64,000 nt of DNA from Bacteroidales bacterium (GCA_030532685.1 JAUNKN010000006.1:5217-69216); one strand, 5' to 3'. Positions 48,776 through 62,493 are shown, counted from the first letter of the stretch. Program-made: numbers and translations. The notes: generated by a model not told the origin, from the letters alone.

Positions 48776-50008
48776 TTATAGCTTGGGGCGAAACACATAG
48801 ACTTTATGGTCACGCAGTTCCATAGGGGTATCGGCTCTCACGATATGGGACAAGTCGCTCACATCACACACCTTGCCTTCGCGCGAAACAATCGAAATCC
48901 CCTCGCTATCGGCCTGATACATGGCTTTCTCTACACGTTGGGTCGTCACAAAATAACGAGCCTCATCGAGACTAATGCCCAAGGACTCTGCCACCTCACC
49001 TCGCAATCGTTTGCAATGCGCTTGCAGCTCCACTTCGGGCGTGGCGCCATCCACCACCTCGACCTTGAGTAGCGCACGCTCCATAAAGCCACGAGCCAAC
49101 ATCGAGAGGATACGGTCGTCATGCTGCCGCCACACACTGAGTGCACAAAGGATGTCGGCATCGGTCAGGGAGAGATAATGGTCCAAGGGGATATCGTCGG
49201 CCGCAAATCGCTCTGCGTCAATTTTGTTGTACAGGAAAAAATGCAATGCAGGAGAGGCGAACAGCTCGACGCCTTGCTCCGCCAAATCTTTTGCCCTACG
49301 CAAGGCCGAGCGCAACACTTCCTCGGCAGCCACCACCGTTTTGTGCAAATACACCTGCCAGTACATAAGGCGGCGAGCCATCAGGTAGTTTTCGACGGTA
49401 TTCATTCCTTTGTGCTCCACCACCAAATGGTCGTCTACCACGGTGAGCATGCGAATGATACGAGCCGCACCGATACTCCCCTCTTGCACTCCGCAATAAA
49501 AACTATCCCGAGCCACATAGTCCATACGGTCTACGTCCAACTGCGAAGAAACGAGCTCGTGCAAGAAATGTTTAGGGTACTCGTCCTTAAAAATACTGAT
49601 GGCGCGTGTCAGTTCTCCCCCCAAGCGCAAGTTGAGTCGCTCCATGACGCGCAGCGATATGCTCTCATGGCTCACACCCCGCATGAGCACATGCTCCAAC
49701 ACGTGCGAGAAAGGGCCATGCCCCACATCGTGCAACAAGATGGCGGCTTCGGCAGCCTCGCGCTCGGTATCGAAGAGAAATTCCCCTTTCTGTTCCAAAC
49801 TGCGCAAGGCTTCCTGCATCAAATAGAAGGCCCCTAAACTATGCTGCTTGCGTGAATGACGCGCAGAAGGATACACAAAACTCGATGTTCCCAACTGGCG
49901 AATATGGTCGAGACGCTGAAACTCAGGTTGGTCTATGAGTGTAGCCAGCAATCCCCTCGGCACTGAAATAAAGCCGTAAAGCGGATCGTTGATGATGAGA
50001 GAAGACAT
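48776..50008 (-). CDS. HD-domain phosphohydrolase (dNTPase/YdhJ-like)
   Basis: Start at ATG 50008; DPLYG, FQRL..IRQLG, HSR..HSLG, LLHDVGHGPFSH, LDVDRMDY, MYWQVYLHK. Confidence 0.92.
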   Translation of the reverse strand: MSSLIINDPLYGFISVPRGLLATLIDQPEFQRLDHIRQLGTSSFVYPSARHSRKQHSLGAFYLMQEALRSLEQKGEFLFDTEREAAEAAILLHDVGHGPFSHVLEHVLMRGVSHESISLRVMERLNLRLGGELTRAISIFKDEYPKHFLHELVSSQLDVDRMDYVARDSFYCGVQEGSIGAARIIRMLTVVDDHLVVEHKGMNTVENYLMARRLMYWQVYLHKTVVAAEEVLRSALRRAKDLAEQGVELFASPALHFFLYNKIDAERFAADDIPLDHYLSLTDADILCALSVWRQHDDRILSMLARGFMERALLKVEVVDGATPEVELQAHCKRLRGEVAESLGISLDEARYFVTTQRVEKAMYQADSEGISIVSREGKVCDVSDLSHIVRADTPMELRDHKVYVFRPKL

Positions 50009-50108
50009 AGAGAAGAGAATTTTAAGAAGAGCGGCTTCGAGTCCCCTCAATTAGGATTCAGAAAATGCTGAGACCCGTATTTTCTTCCTGCAAAGGGAAA
50101 ATTTCTCT

Positions 50109-50189
50109 ATTCAAAGCCGCCGAATGTACATTCAGCGACTTTGAATGTACCTTCAGCGGCGTCGAACGTACATTCGACGCCTTTGAATG
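50109..50189. repeat. Family-C array: 21-bp-period repeats with palindromic GAATGTACATTC core
   Basis: gaatgtacattcagcgacttt / gaatgtaccttcagcggcgtc / gaacgtacattcgacgccttt at 50122, 50143 and 50164, with partial units on both sides. Confidence 0.88.
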
Positions 50190-50362
50190 GAGTTTTTCTC
50201 CCTTCCAAAGAAAAAGCACACGCATCCCGCCGCTGTGTATTGGGCAAAGATAAGGAATTTGACCAAAAGCCATACGCAAAGCCTTGACTTTTCCCACTTG
50301 CTCGCCACATTTGTAGTAAAAAAATTGTACTTTTGCGCTTAGAACAAATACTCATTGATAGA

Positions 50363-51640
50363 ATGCTCACCATCAAACAAATTACGGACAACAAGGAAGC
50401 TGTGGTCCGTGCCTTAGAAAAGAAACATTTTGCCGATGCTCGTGCCACAATCGATGCAGTACTCGCTGCTGACCAAAAGCGCAAAACGGCACAAGGCGAT
50501 ATGGATGCTACGCTGGCCGAACAAAAACAATTGGCCAAAGCCATTGGCATGCTGATGAAAGAGGGCAAGAAGGAAGAAGCCGAAGCTGCCAAAGCCCAAG
50601 TGGCCGACCTCAAGGCACGCAGTGCCGAGCTGGAAGCCTCTATGGCGCAGGCCGAAGAAGAGCGCACCCAGCTGCTCTACACCATTCCCAATTTGCCCTA
50701 CGAGCTCGTACCCGAAGGACGCACCGCCGAGGACAACGTGGTGGTCAAAGAAGGAGGCCAACACCCTACCCTCCCCGAAAATCCGCTTCCTCACTGGGAG
50801 TTGGCCAAGAAGTACGACCTCATCGACTTTGACTTAGGCGTCAAGATTACAGGTGCAGGCTTTCCCGTCTACAAGGGCTTGGGTGCACGCCTACAACGCG
50901 CGCTCATCAACTTTTTCCTCGACGAGGCCAGCGCAGCAGGCTATGCCGAGGTGATGCCCCCCACCGTGGTCAATGAGGCTTCGGGCTATGGCACAGGACA
51001 ACTTCCCGACAAAGAGGGACAGATGTACCACTGCACGGCCGACAATCTCTACCTCATTCCCACGGCCGAGGTTCCCGTGACCAACATTTATCGAGATGTC
51101 ATCCTCGACGAACGCGACCTGCCCATCAAGAACTGCGCCTACACGCAATGCTTCCGCCGCGAAGCAGGTTCCTACGGCAAAGATGTGCGCGGGCTAAACC
51201 GTCTGCACGAGTTCTCCAAAATAGAAATCGTGCGCATCGACCGTCCTGAGCATTCACAACAAAGCCATGACGAAATGCTCGCCCACGTGGAGGGATTGCT
51301 CCAAAAACTCGAACTTCCCTATCGTATCCTGCGCTTGTGTGGTGGCGACATGAGTTTCACCGCTGCCCTGTGCTACGACTTTGAGGTCTATTCCGAAGCC
51401 CAAGGCCGCTGGTTGGAAGTCAGCTCCGTGAGCAATTTTGACAGCTATCAAGCCAACCGTCTCAAATGTCGCTATCGTCGTGCAGAGGACAAGAAAATTG
51501 AACTCTGCCACACCCTCAACGGCTCGGCCTTGGCACTGCCTCGCATCGTAGCAGCCCTGCTCGAGAACTTCCAAACGGAAGAAGGCATTCGCATCCCCAA
51601 AGCCCTGCAAGCCTATATGGGTTGCGATATGATTCGCTAA
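50363..51640 (+). CDS. serS: Serine--tRNA ligase
   Basis: Start at ATG 50363; coiled-coil arm, LIPTAEVP, FRREAGSYG, EVSSVSN, TLNGSALA; TACTTTTG at 50328-50335. Confidence 0.98.
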   Translation: MLTIKQITDNKEAVVRALEKKHFADARATIDAVLAADQKRKTAQGDMDATLAEQKQLAKAIGMLMKEGKKEEAEAAKAQVADLKARSAELEASMAQAEEERTQLLYTIPNLPYELVPEGRTAEDNVVVKEGGQHPTLPENPLPHWELAKKYDLIDFDLGVKITGAGFPVYKGLGARLQRALINFFLDEASAAGYAEVMPPTVVNEASGYGTGQLPDKEGQMYHCTADNLYLIPTAEVPVTNIYRDVILDERDLPIKNCAYTQCFRREAGSYGKDVRGLNRLHEFSKIEIVRIDRPEHSQQSHDEMLAHVEGLLQKLELPYRILRLCGGDMSFTAALCYDFEVYSEAQGRWLEVSSVSNFDSYQANRLKCRYRRAEDKKIELCHTLNGSALALPRIVAALLENFQTEEGIRIPKALQAYMGCDMIR

Positions 51641-51670
51641 TCGCTTCCTCCCTTCTATACTTAATACTCA

Positions 51671-51710
51671 ACAGCCTCCCCCTCTTTGTGTGCAAAGAGG
51701 GGGAGGCTGT
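51671..51710. terminator. 18-bp hairpin between convergent serS and cysE
   Basis: acagcctccccctctttg-tgtg-caaagagggggaggctgt. Confidence 0.78.
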
Positions 51711-51729
51711 CTTGTTGAAAAAGTCTTGG

Positions 51730-52596
51730 TCAGATACCAGCACCTTCCTCAAAAAGCAAGGGACGGCCCGATTTACCTTGAACCACGCGACTGTAAGGCG
51801 GTAAAGAAGAGGTTTGCCACACGTTACCTCCCACGACACTATCATGCCCAATGGTGATGCGCCCCAGCACGGAGGTGTTGGAGTAGATGATGACCCTATC
51901 CTCAATGATGGGATGACGAGGCACATTGAGCAGTGTGCCATCTTCTCCCTTGGGCAAACTGCGTGCCCCTAAGGTTACCCCTTGATACAAACGTACATGA
52001 CGACCTATGATGCAGGTTTCGCCCACCACGACACCCGTACCATGGTCGATGGCGAAGCCTTCGCCTATCGTAGCTCCTGGATGAATGTCAATCCCCGTTT
52101 TCGCATGGGCCTGCTCGCTGATGATGCGTGGGAGAATGGGTACTTGTAATTGGTACAATGCATGCGCCATGCGATGGCCCGTAATGGCTCGTATGGCAGG
52201 ATAGCAAAGAATGACCTCCTCGAGACTCGTCGCAGCAGGATCGCCATCGTACATGGCACGCACGTCATAGCTCAGCACACGTCGCAACTCTGGAATGGTA
52301 TCCATAAAACGAGTAGTGAGCACTTGGGCATCGAGAGAAAGAGAGGTAAAAGCCAAACTCTCCTCGATTTGCTCGCAGAGCACACGCGCTAACTTCGACA
52401 AGCATTCGACCGCTGGACGATCGGTAAAATAGCCTGGAAAAATCAAATCGCGAAACAACTCAATGGCTTCGCGAACGCTGCGAGGGTCTATGCCCGTGGC
52501 CGTACCTGCAGGAATGCATCCGTCAGGCAAGGTGAGAGCGGCAGAAAGTTGGGCTATATGTTCGGGAGTGATGGGAGTATTCATGAACTTCAACAT
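51730..52596 (-). CDS. cysE: Serine O-acetyltransferase
   Basis: DPAA....EV.LCYP, TGIDIHPGATIG, IDHGTG, YQGVTLG, RHP; start may be 52584. Confidence 0.92.
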   Translation of the reverse strand: MLKFMNTPITPEHIAQLSAALTLPDGCIPAGTATGIDPRSVREAIELFRDLIFPGYFTDRPAVECLSKLARVLCEQIEESLAFTSLSLDAQVLTTRFMDTIPELRRVLSYDVRAMYDGDPAATSLEEVILCYPAIRAITGHRMAHALYQLQVPILPRIISEQAHAKTGIDIHPGATIGEGFAIDHGTGVVVGETCIIGRHVRLYQGVTLGARSLPKGEDGTLLNVPRHPIIEDRVIIYSNTSVLGRITIGHDSVVGGNVWQTSSLPPYSRVVQGKSGRPLLFEEGAGI

Positions 52597-52741
52597 TTGT
52601 CGTGCAAGAACTTTGTTTCAAATATCGCAAGTTTGCACTTTTCTATGTAACTTTGTCCTCATTCTCGGATTTGGACACTGCAAAGGTACGTATTTCCTTG
52701 CGATTGCCCTTCTCCGCTCACTTACAAACCCTCCAATCTAT

Positions 52742-53674
52742 ATGGAAAAGACACACTCCTCTGTAGCCTCATTGATAGGCCATACTCCTCTCATTCGTTT
52801 AGAACGCTTGGCGCAAAAGCTACAACTTAAAGGGCGCATTTTGGCCAAAGTAGAAAGTTTTAATCCTGGCGGTTCGGTGAAAGACCGCATTGCACTGGCG
52901 ATGATTGAAGCCGCCGAAGCCGCTGGAAAGCTCCAAATGGGCAGTACCATCGTCGAGCCCACCAGTGGCAACACGGGAGTGGGCATCGCTATGGTAGCCG
53001 CTGCGCGTGGCTATCGTTGCATCATCGTCATGCCCGACACGATGACCGTAGAGCGCCGTCGGCTTGTCTCGGCCTATGGTGCCGAACTCGTACTCACTCC
53101 TGGCAGTGAAGGTATGAAGGGTGCCATTGCACGCGCCGAAGAAATTCGTCAGGGCATAGCAGGAGCTATCACCTTGGGACAGTTTGAGAATCCTGCCAAC
53201 CCTGCTGCCCACCTCCAGCACACAGCTCCCGAGATTTGGGAACAAACAGGTGGAAAAGTCGACGTGCTCGTGGCTGGTGTAGGTACAGGAGGTACGGTGT
53301 CAGGAACGGGTCGTGGACTGAAAGCGCGCAATGCTCAGCTCGAAGTCGTTGCCGTCGAGCCTGAAGAATCGCCCGTTTTGAGTGGTGGAAAACCTTCCCC
53401 CCACAAAATACAAGGCATCGGAGCAGGATTCATTCCAGCCAACTACGATGCAACTATTGTGGATCGTGTGCTCCCCATCTCCAGCGTCGAAGCGATGGAA
53501 ACAGCACGACTCTTGGCACGCACCGAAGGCATCGTTGCAGGCATTTCTTCGGGAGCAGCCTTGGCCGCTGCGCTTCAGCTGGCGTCTATCGATGCCTATG
53601 CAGGCAAAAACATCGTGGTGATTCTCCCCGACACTGGCGATCGCTACCTCTCAACCCCACTATTCGGAGAGTAA
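52742..53674 (+). CDS. cysK: Cysteine synthase A
   Basis: Start at ATG 52742; NPGGSVKDR (PLP Lys), EPTSGNTG, GVGTGGT, HKIQGIG, DTGDRYLST. Confidence 0.96.
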   Translation: MEKTHSSVASLIGHTPLIRLERLAQKLQLKGRILAKVESFNPGGSVKDRIALAMIEAAEAAGKLQMGSTIVEPTSGNTGVGIAMVAAARGYRCIIVMPDTMTVERRRLVSAYGAELVLTPGSEGMKGAIARAEEIRQGIAGAITLGQFENPANPAAHLQHTAPEIWEQTGGKVDVLVAGVGTGGTVSGTGRGLKARNAQLEVVAVEPEESPVLSGGKPSPHKIQGIGAGFIPANYDATIVDRVLPISSVEAMETARLLARTEGIVAGISSGAALAAALQLASIDAYAGKNIVVILPDTGDRYLSTPLFGE

Positions 53675-53679
53675 GGAAA

Positions 53680-53727
53680 AAGAAAAATCCCCATTGTTCT
53701 TAACGAGAAACAATGGGGATTTTTCTT
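53680..53727. terminator. Bidirectional terminator
   Basis: aagaaaaatccccattgtt...aacaatggggatttttctt. Confidence 0.8.
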
Positions 53728-53741
53728 GCGCAAGGGCTTTA

Positions 53742-54761
53742 CTAATGAAGCAATAAATGTTCGAAATCCAACTCCCGCCCAAAAAGGTCGGCCGATTCAA
53801 AGGCGCGCAGCTGCTTGTCGCCTTCGCTCACCATCAGCCACCCTCCTGACGAGAAGACAATGCGAAGGGGAGAGGGAGAAAAAGGAAGATGGCGCCGCAC
53901 CTGCAAATGCTGAGCTTGGACACTCAACGTGGACAAGCGGCGCAAGATATCAAGCCCTATCAGTATGGGAAAATCGACTTGAACATTGCTATCATCGTAG
54001 GCATAAACCACGAGATTGCGAAACACGCAATCCCCGATGCGCAAACTGTCGAGCCTCACCGCATGCATCATTTCTTCGCCAGTGGCCGTCGTGATGGGCA
54101 AAGTGGGCAAAGATTGCACCTCTAAACCTAAACGCGTTAAAGTGCTGGCTGCGACAATCGTATGGCGACCAAAGGGAGTGACCAAGGCGGGCTGCAAAGC
54201 CTCGCCATTGACTTGCACAGCAATAGTGGCCACGGTGTCAGTGGCCAAACGAGGCACAACAAAATCGTCCGATAGCCAATGTACTGATACGGGAGGAACT
54301 TGTAGATGGGCCATGCCCAACTCTTGATAGGCCTTTAAGTACTTCTGTCGCGCCACACGAATGCGTCGCCGCTTAGCCCAAGCTAATCGGCCCTCGGCAT
54401 AACTTGCCAACTCTGCCCACTGCCCTTGATAACGCAGAGCTTCGCAGCGTTCATGGGCAAGTGCCAGGAGCCCGCGGACATCCAGCTTACGCTCGTACAT
54501 CTGCTCTAAAGTATCAATGAGAGCTACGACATCGTTCGTCCGTCCTTCTGCACGAGCAAAAGCCAATTGACAATAATACTGTGTATGTCGAGGTAGACGA
54601 TGGCGAACAGCATCGTAAATGGGGCGCAACTGATGCACCTCGCCACGAGCCGCCAACAGAGCAGCTTGTCGCAGAGAGTCGGTAGGAGCTTGGGACATTC
54701 CTGCACAGGGCATTAACAGCAGGAGGAGGGGCAGGAGTAAACGAAAGAAGAACATAAGCAA
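53742..54761 (-). CDS. Exported protein with a degenerate retropepsin-like aspartyl protease domain
   Basis: Signal peptide, helical N-domain, V.VNG...LDSLRIG...ILIGLDIL retropepsin-like pattern, but no DTG. Confidence 0.55.
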   Translation of the reverse strand: MLMFFFRLLLPLLLLLMPCAGMSQAPTDSLRQAALLAARGEVHQLRPIYDAVRHRLPRHTQYYCQLAFARAEGRTNDVVALIDTLEQMYERKLDVRGLLALAHERCEALRYQGQWAELASYAEGRLAWAKRRRIRVARQKYLKAYQELGMAHLQVPPVSVHWLSDDFVVPRLATDTVATIAVQVNGEALQPALVTPFGRHTIVAASTLTRLGLEVQSLPTLPITTATGEEMMHAVRLDSLRIGDCVFRNLVVYAYDDSNVQVDFPILIGLDILRRLSTLSVQAQHLQVRRHLPFSPSPLRIVFSSGGWLMVSEGDKQLRAFESADLFGRELDFEHLLLH

Positions 54762-54762
54762 T

Positions 54763-54791
54763 AAAAAATAGGGGGCAATGTATACCCCCTA
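54763..54791 (-). terminator. Terminator after nanL
   Basis: taggggg/cccccta stem followed by a T-run on the - strand. Confidence 0.6.
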
Positions 54792-54809
54792 ATGATATAA
54801 AGGTACGGA

Positions 54810-55724
54810 CTATCGATTGCAGCGCTCAAAGAAGCCTATGGCTTCAAGCTGACGACGAAGCTCTATTTCCTCCTCGGCAGTAACGCTCATGAAAGGTGTA
54901 CGATTAGGGCCAAGATCCAAGCCGATGAGTTTCATAATGCGTTTTCCTCCCACGATATTTCCTCGGAAGTTGCAAATCACGTCTATGACATCTTGAGAGA
55001 AGTTTTGCAATTCTCGCGCTTTCTCTAAATCGCCAGCTTCCCAAGCTTCGAGGATACCGACAAGAGCTCGGCCATTATAATTGGTCGTTCCACCGATGCC
55101 ACCTTGTGCACCTCCCATAGCCAAACAAGGCAAGATTGTTTCGTCTTGTCCGTGAAGCATATCGTATTTCCCCTCTTTGTAGCGACGGCAACGATTGTAT
55201 TCATACAAACTCTCGAAAGTATATTTGATACCTGCAAAATTGGGAATACGCCCATCCACAGCTTTCAATAAATCGAACATGGAGAGAAAAGCTTGATTGA
55301 AAGCTGGAATATGATAATAGTAAAACGGAAGTTCAGGAGCTGCCGAGGCGATGGCTTCACAATACTGTACGAGCTGCTCGATACTTGCCATTTTTGGGAA
55401 AGGAGTAGCCATTGCCCCAATTCCCCATGCGCCTATTTGCTGCGCATGAGCGGCTAACTTTTGGGCGCTTGCCACACAAGGAGAACCCACGTGTACAATT
55501 ACCTTAAAGCCTTCGGGCACAGCAGCCATCCAAGCCTCAGCGATCTGCATACGTTCCTCATCTGTAAGCATATATCCTTCTCCTGAAGAACCATTGATAA
55601 AAACACCTTTCAATCCATTGCGCGCCAACAATTGGGCATAAGCAGGAATCGGTTGGAGGTTGAGACTCCCATCGGCATGGAAGGGCGTAAAGGGGGCATC
55701 TATGAGGCCTATAATCTTTTCCAT
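54810..55724 (-). CDS. nanL: N-acetylneuraminate lyase (Bacteroidetes NanL type, DHDPS family)
   Basis: GLIDAPFTPF, NGSSGEG, YYYHIP, GIKYT (Schiff-base Lys), GGIGGTTNY; TAACTTTG on - at 55765-55772. Confidence 0.88.
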   Translation of the reverse strand: MEKIIGLIDAPFTPFHADGSLNLQPIPAYAQLLARNGLKGVFINGSSGEGYMLTDEERMQIAEAWMAAVPEGFKVIVHVGSPCVASAQKLAAHAQQIGAWGIGAMATPFPKMASIEQLVQYCEAIASAAPELPFYYYHIPAFNQAFLSMFDLLKAVDGRIPNFAGIKYTFESLYEYNRCRRYKEGKYDMLHGQDETILPCLAMGGAQGGIGGTTNYNGRALVGILEAWEAGDLEKARELQNFSQDVIDVICNFRGNIVGGKRIMKLIGLDLGPNRTPFMSVTAEEEIELRRQLEAIGFFERCNR

Positions 55725-56068
55725 TGTAGATATTTTTGTAAGTTTAGATTTGCAATTTTGAGGGCAAAGTTAGTCCTTTCTTTTTAGACTTCCTCATTTT
55801 TGTTCGTTCATTTCCCTACCTTTATAGTATTTTGGGCTTCCATTTCTGGAGAGTCTCACCTTCTCTGACAAAAGAGAAGGTCGCCTCTTCGCAAAAACAA
55901 AACATAAAGACGCAAGCTTGGAGGCTTGCACGGCATCATTTGAAAAATTGCGATGTCCCAGCCTTGTCGCTTCGTTCTTTTTGTTTATTTTTGTACCTAA
56001 GTATTTGTTGCGGTAAAAGGAATGCTTGATCCTTCACCGCCACAACATTCATAAATCTCTTTCACTTC

Positions 56069-58075
56069 ATGAAAAAACTACTTCTTTCCCTTCTTTTTCT
56101 TGTAGTGGGTAGCATGGCGATACAAGCCGAAGTAAACCCTAAGCCTTTCGTCATTCCCGAGCTGACTTCTTGGACTGGCGGAGAAGGACGATGTACTCCC
56201 AGTGGGCGCATCCTCGTGCGTGACAAAGCCCTTCTTTCGGTAGCCCAAGCTTTGAGCAAGGACTATTACACCATGTTCCGACAACCTTTGCACATAGCGA
56301 AAGGAACGGCACAGAAGGGCGACATCGTACTCGGCCTATCGCAAGGAAAAGAAGCCAAGCAACTGGGCAAAGAAGGCTACACGCTTCAAATAGAACAGCA
56401 CATTCAACTCAACGCATCCACTCCACAGGGTGCTTATTGGGGAACTCGAACCTTGCTACAGCTGAGCGAACAAAGCCAATCGCGTGCACTCCCCTGCGGT
56501 ACGAGCACCGATATCCCTCAATACGCATTGCGTGGATTCATGATTGATTGTGGTCGCAAATACATCCCAATGAGCTACTTGCGTCAGCTCGTTCGCGTTA
56601 TGGCTTACTACAAAATGAACACCTTGCAAGTGCACCTGAACGACAATGGTTTTAAGCAGTATTTTGGCAACGATTGGGCAAAAACGCAAGCTGCATTCCG
56701 CTTGGAAAGTCATCTTTTTCCTGGACTCACTGCACGCGACGGCAGCTACCCCCAACGAGAATTTATTGATTTCCAAAAGGAAGCCATGGCTCAGCATGTC
56801 GAGATTATTCCCGAAATTGATGTGCCAGCTCACTCTTTGGCTTTCTCTCACTTCCGCGCTTCGCTCGGTTCGAAAGAGTACGGGGCAGACCATCTGGATT
56901 TGAACAATCCTGCTGTGATCCCTTTCCTCGATAGCCTCTTCACAGAGTATTGCGGTGGAAAGAATCCCGTATTTGTGGGCAAGCATGTGCATATCGGTAC
57001 CGACGAATATAGCAATAAAGACAAGGCTATCGTCGAAAAATTTCGTTCGCTCACAGACCACCTCATTCGCCACGTCGAAAAGCACGGTAAACAAGCCGTT
57101 GTGTGGGGTGCACTGACACACGCAAAAGGAGAAACACCCGTAAAAAGCGACAACGTACTCATGCAAATTTGGTACAATGGGTATGCCGAGCCTCTCGAAA
57201 TGAAAAAGCAAGGCTATCAGCTCATTTCCATACCCGACGGCTATACCTACATTGTTCCTGCTGCGGGCTATTACTACGACTATCTCAACTGCCCTTGGCT
57301 GTATGAGACATGGACTCCCGCCCAAGTGGGCAAAGTAAAATTTGAAGAGGGAGATCCATCTCTATTGGGAGGAATGTTTGCCGTGTGGAACGATCACGTA
57401 GGCAATGGTATTACCGTGCGCGACATCCATCACCGTGTGATGCCTGCCTTGCAGACTATTGCGGCTAAAACCTGGACTGCCTCAAAGGTTACCCTCCCTT
57501 ATAGTGAATTTGAACATCGTGCTCGCTTCCTCAGCGAAGCTCCTGGCGTAGATTACTTGGCTCGTCCTTTGGGCCGTGGCACTCGCACCACAGCAAGCTA
57601 CCCCACCTCAACTCTCCTCCCCAACACTTCTCTCGACTGGCTGGGCAAAGCGATAGGTTATGACTACTCCATTTCTTTCGACCTTGAAGTCAGCGAGGTC
57701 AATAAAGGCGATATTTTGTTTGAGAACGACGAAGCCAAAGTTTATCTTGCTTCGCCCGAGGGAGGTCGTTTGGCTTTTGAACGCGAAGGCTACCTCAACG
57801 AGTTTGACTACATCGTCCCTAAAGGCCGAAAAGTACGCTTAACGCTACAAGGTACAAACAAAGAAACGCGTCTACTCGTCAATGGAGAGTTCCGACAAGC
57901 TCTTTATGCCCTTACTATTGGGGGGGTCGATACCAAAGCAGGAGCAGCAGGTGCAACAGCCGACCCCTATAGTGCTGCTAAGATGTACTACCAACGCACG
58001 TTGGTATTTCCTCTCGAACGCACGGGAAACTTTAAGGGGAAAATCACTCACCTCAAAGTTAGCAACCATCTCTAA
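56069..58075 (+). CDS. GH20 beta-N-acetylhexosaminidase
   Basis: RGFMIDCGR, HLNDN, PEIDVPAH, HIGTDEY, GGMFAVWND. Confidence 0.92.
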   Translation: MKKLLLSLLFLVVGSMAIQAEVNPKPFVIPELTSWTGGEGRCTPSGRILVRDKALLSVAQALSKDYYTMFRQPLHIAKGTAQKGDIVLGLSQGKEAKQLGKEGYTLQIEQHIQLNASTPQGAYWGTRTLLQLSEQSQSRALPCGTSTDIPQYALRGFMIDCGRKYIPMSYLRQLVRVMAYYKMNTLQVHLNDNGFKQYFGNDWAKTQAAFRLESHLFPGLTARDGSYPQREFIDFQKEAMAQHVEIIPEIDVPAHSLAFSHFRASLGSKEYGADHLDLNNPAVIPFLDSLFTEYCGGKNPVFVGKHVHIGTDEYSNKDKAIVEKFRSLTDHLIRHVEKHGKQAVVWGALTHAKGETPVKSDNVLMQIWYNGYAEPLEMKKQGYQLISIPDGYTYIVPAAGYYYDYLNCPWLYETWTPAQVGKVKFEEGDPSLLGGMFAVWNDHVGNGITVRDIHHRVMPALQTIAAKTWTASKVTLPYSEFEHRARFLSEAPGVDYLARPLGRGTRTTASYPTSTLLPNTSLDWLGKAIGYDYSISFDLEVSEVNKGDILFENDEAKVYLASPEGGRLAFEREGYLNEFDYIVPKGRKVRLTLQGTNKETRLLVNGEFRQALYALTIGGVDTKAGAAGATADPYSAAKMYYQRTLVFPLERTGNFKGKITHLKVSNHL

Positions 58076-58164
58076 GCCATTTCTATAAAACAGGGATATT
58101 GGGGTGCGATAGAACCACTATGCACTCCGATGTCCCTTTTTGTTTTCTCTGTTCCTTTCTTACT

Positions 58165-62110
<3,946 letters not shown>

Positions 62111-62282
62111 GACAACAAGATAGGCTCACTCCTCTTTTTCCTCTACTTAGCAGGCAAGATATTCACCATTCAATCAGCCCACAAGTAAGTCCTCGAGGTT
62201 GGTGCTTCCTGCACAAGCCTACCCATCTTTCTACAAACTCTCCAACGCTCCGAGCTATTCAATTTTAGCTCGGAGCGCGGAT

Positions 62283-62366
62283 TTTCTACGTGGGAAGGAA
62301 AAAATCCTACGTGGGAAGAAGAAAATCCTGCGTCCCACGTAGGATTTTCTAAGTGGGAAGCTCAAA
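62283..62366. repeat. Family-A array A4: 4 tandem 21-bp units, third inverted; an in-register hairpin extends it to 62241
   Basis: tttctacgt-ggg-aaggaaaaa / atcctacgt-ggg-aagaagaaa / atcctgcgt-ccc-acgtaggat / tttctaagt-ggg-aagctcaaa. Confidence 0.9.
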
Positions 62367-62477
62367 AAACAAGTGTAGGGAGCACTCCAATTATCTACGT
62401 ATCGTGCTTTTCCTCGCCCACACTCTCCTCTCCTTCACAACTATCATCTACACCTTAATCTGCTTCCCAGCTCCTCG

Positions 62478-62493
62478 CGGCACGGATATTGCA
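62478..62493 (+). promoter_or_regulatory. sigma54-type -24/-12 promoter upstream of grpE-dnaJ
   Basis: CGGCACGGATATTGCA matches TGGCACG-N4-TTGC(A/T) with exact GG-N10-GC spacing, 32 nt before the ATG. Confidence 0.65.

Noticed and set aside
50058-50297. Short ORFs with ECTFSDF-type repeats on both strands
   Set aside because: Translation artefacts of the family-C palindromic array.
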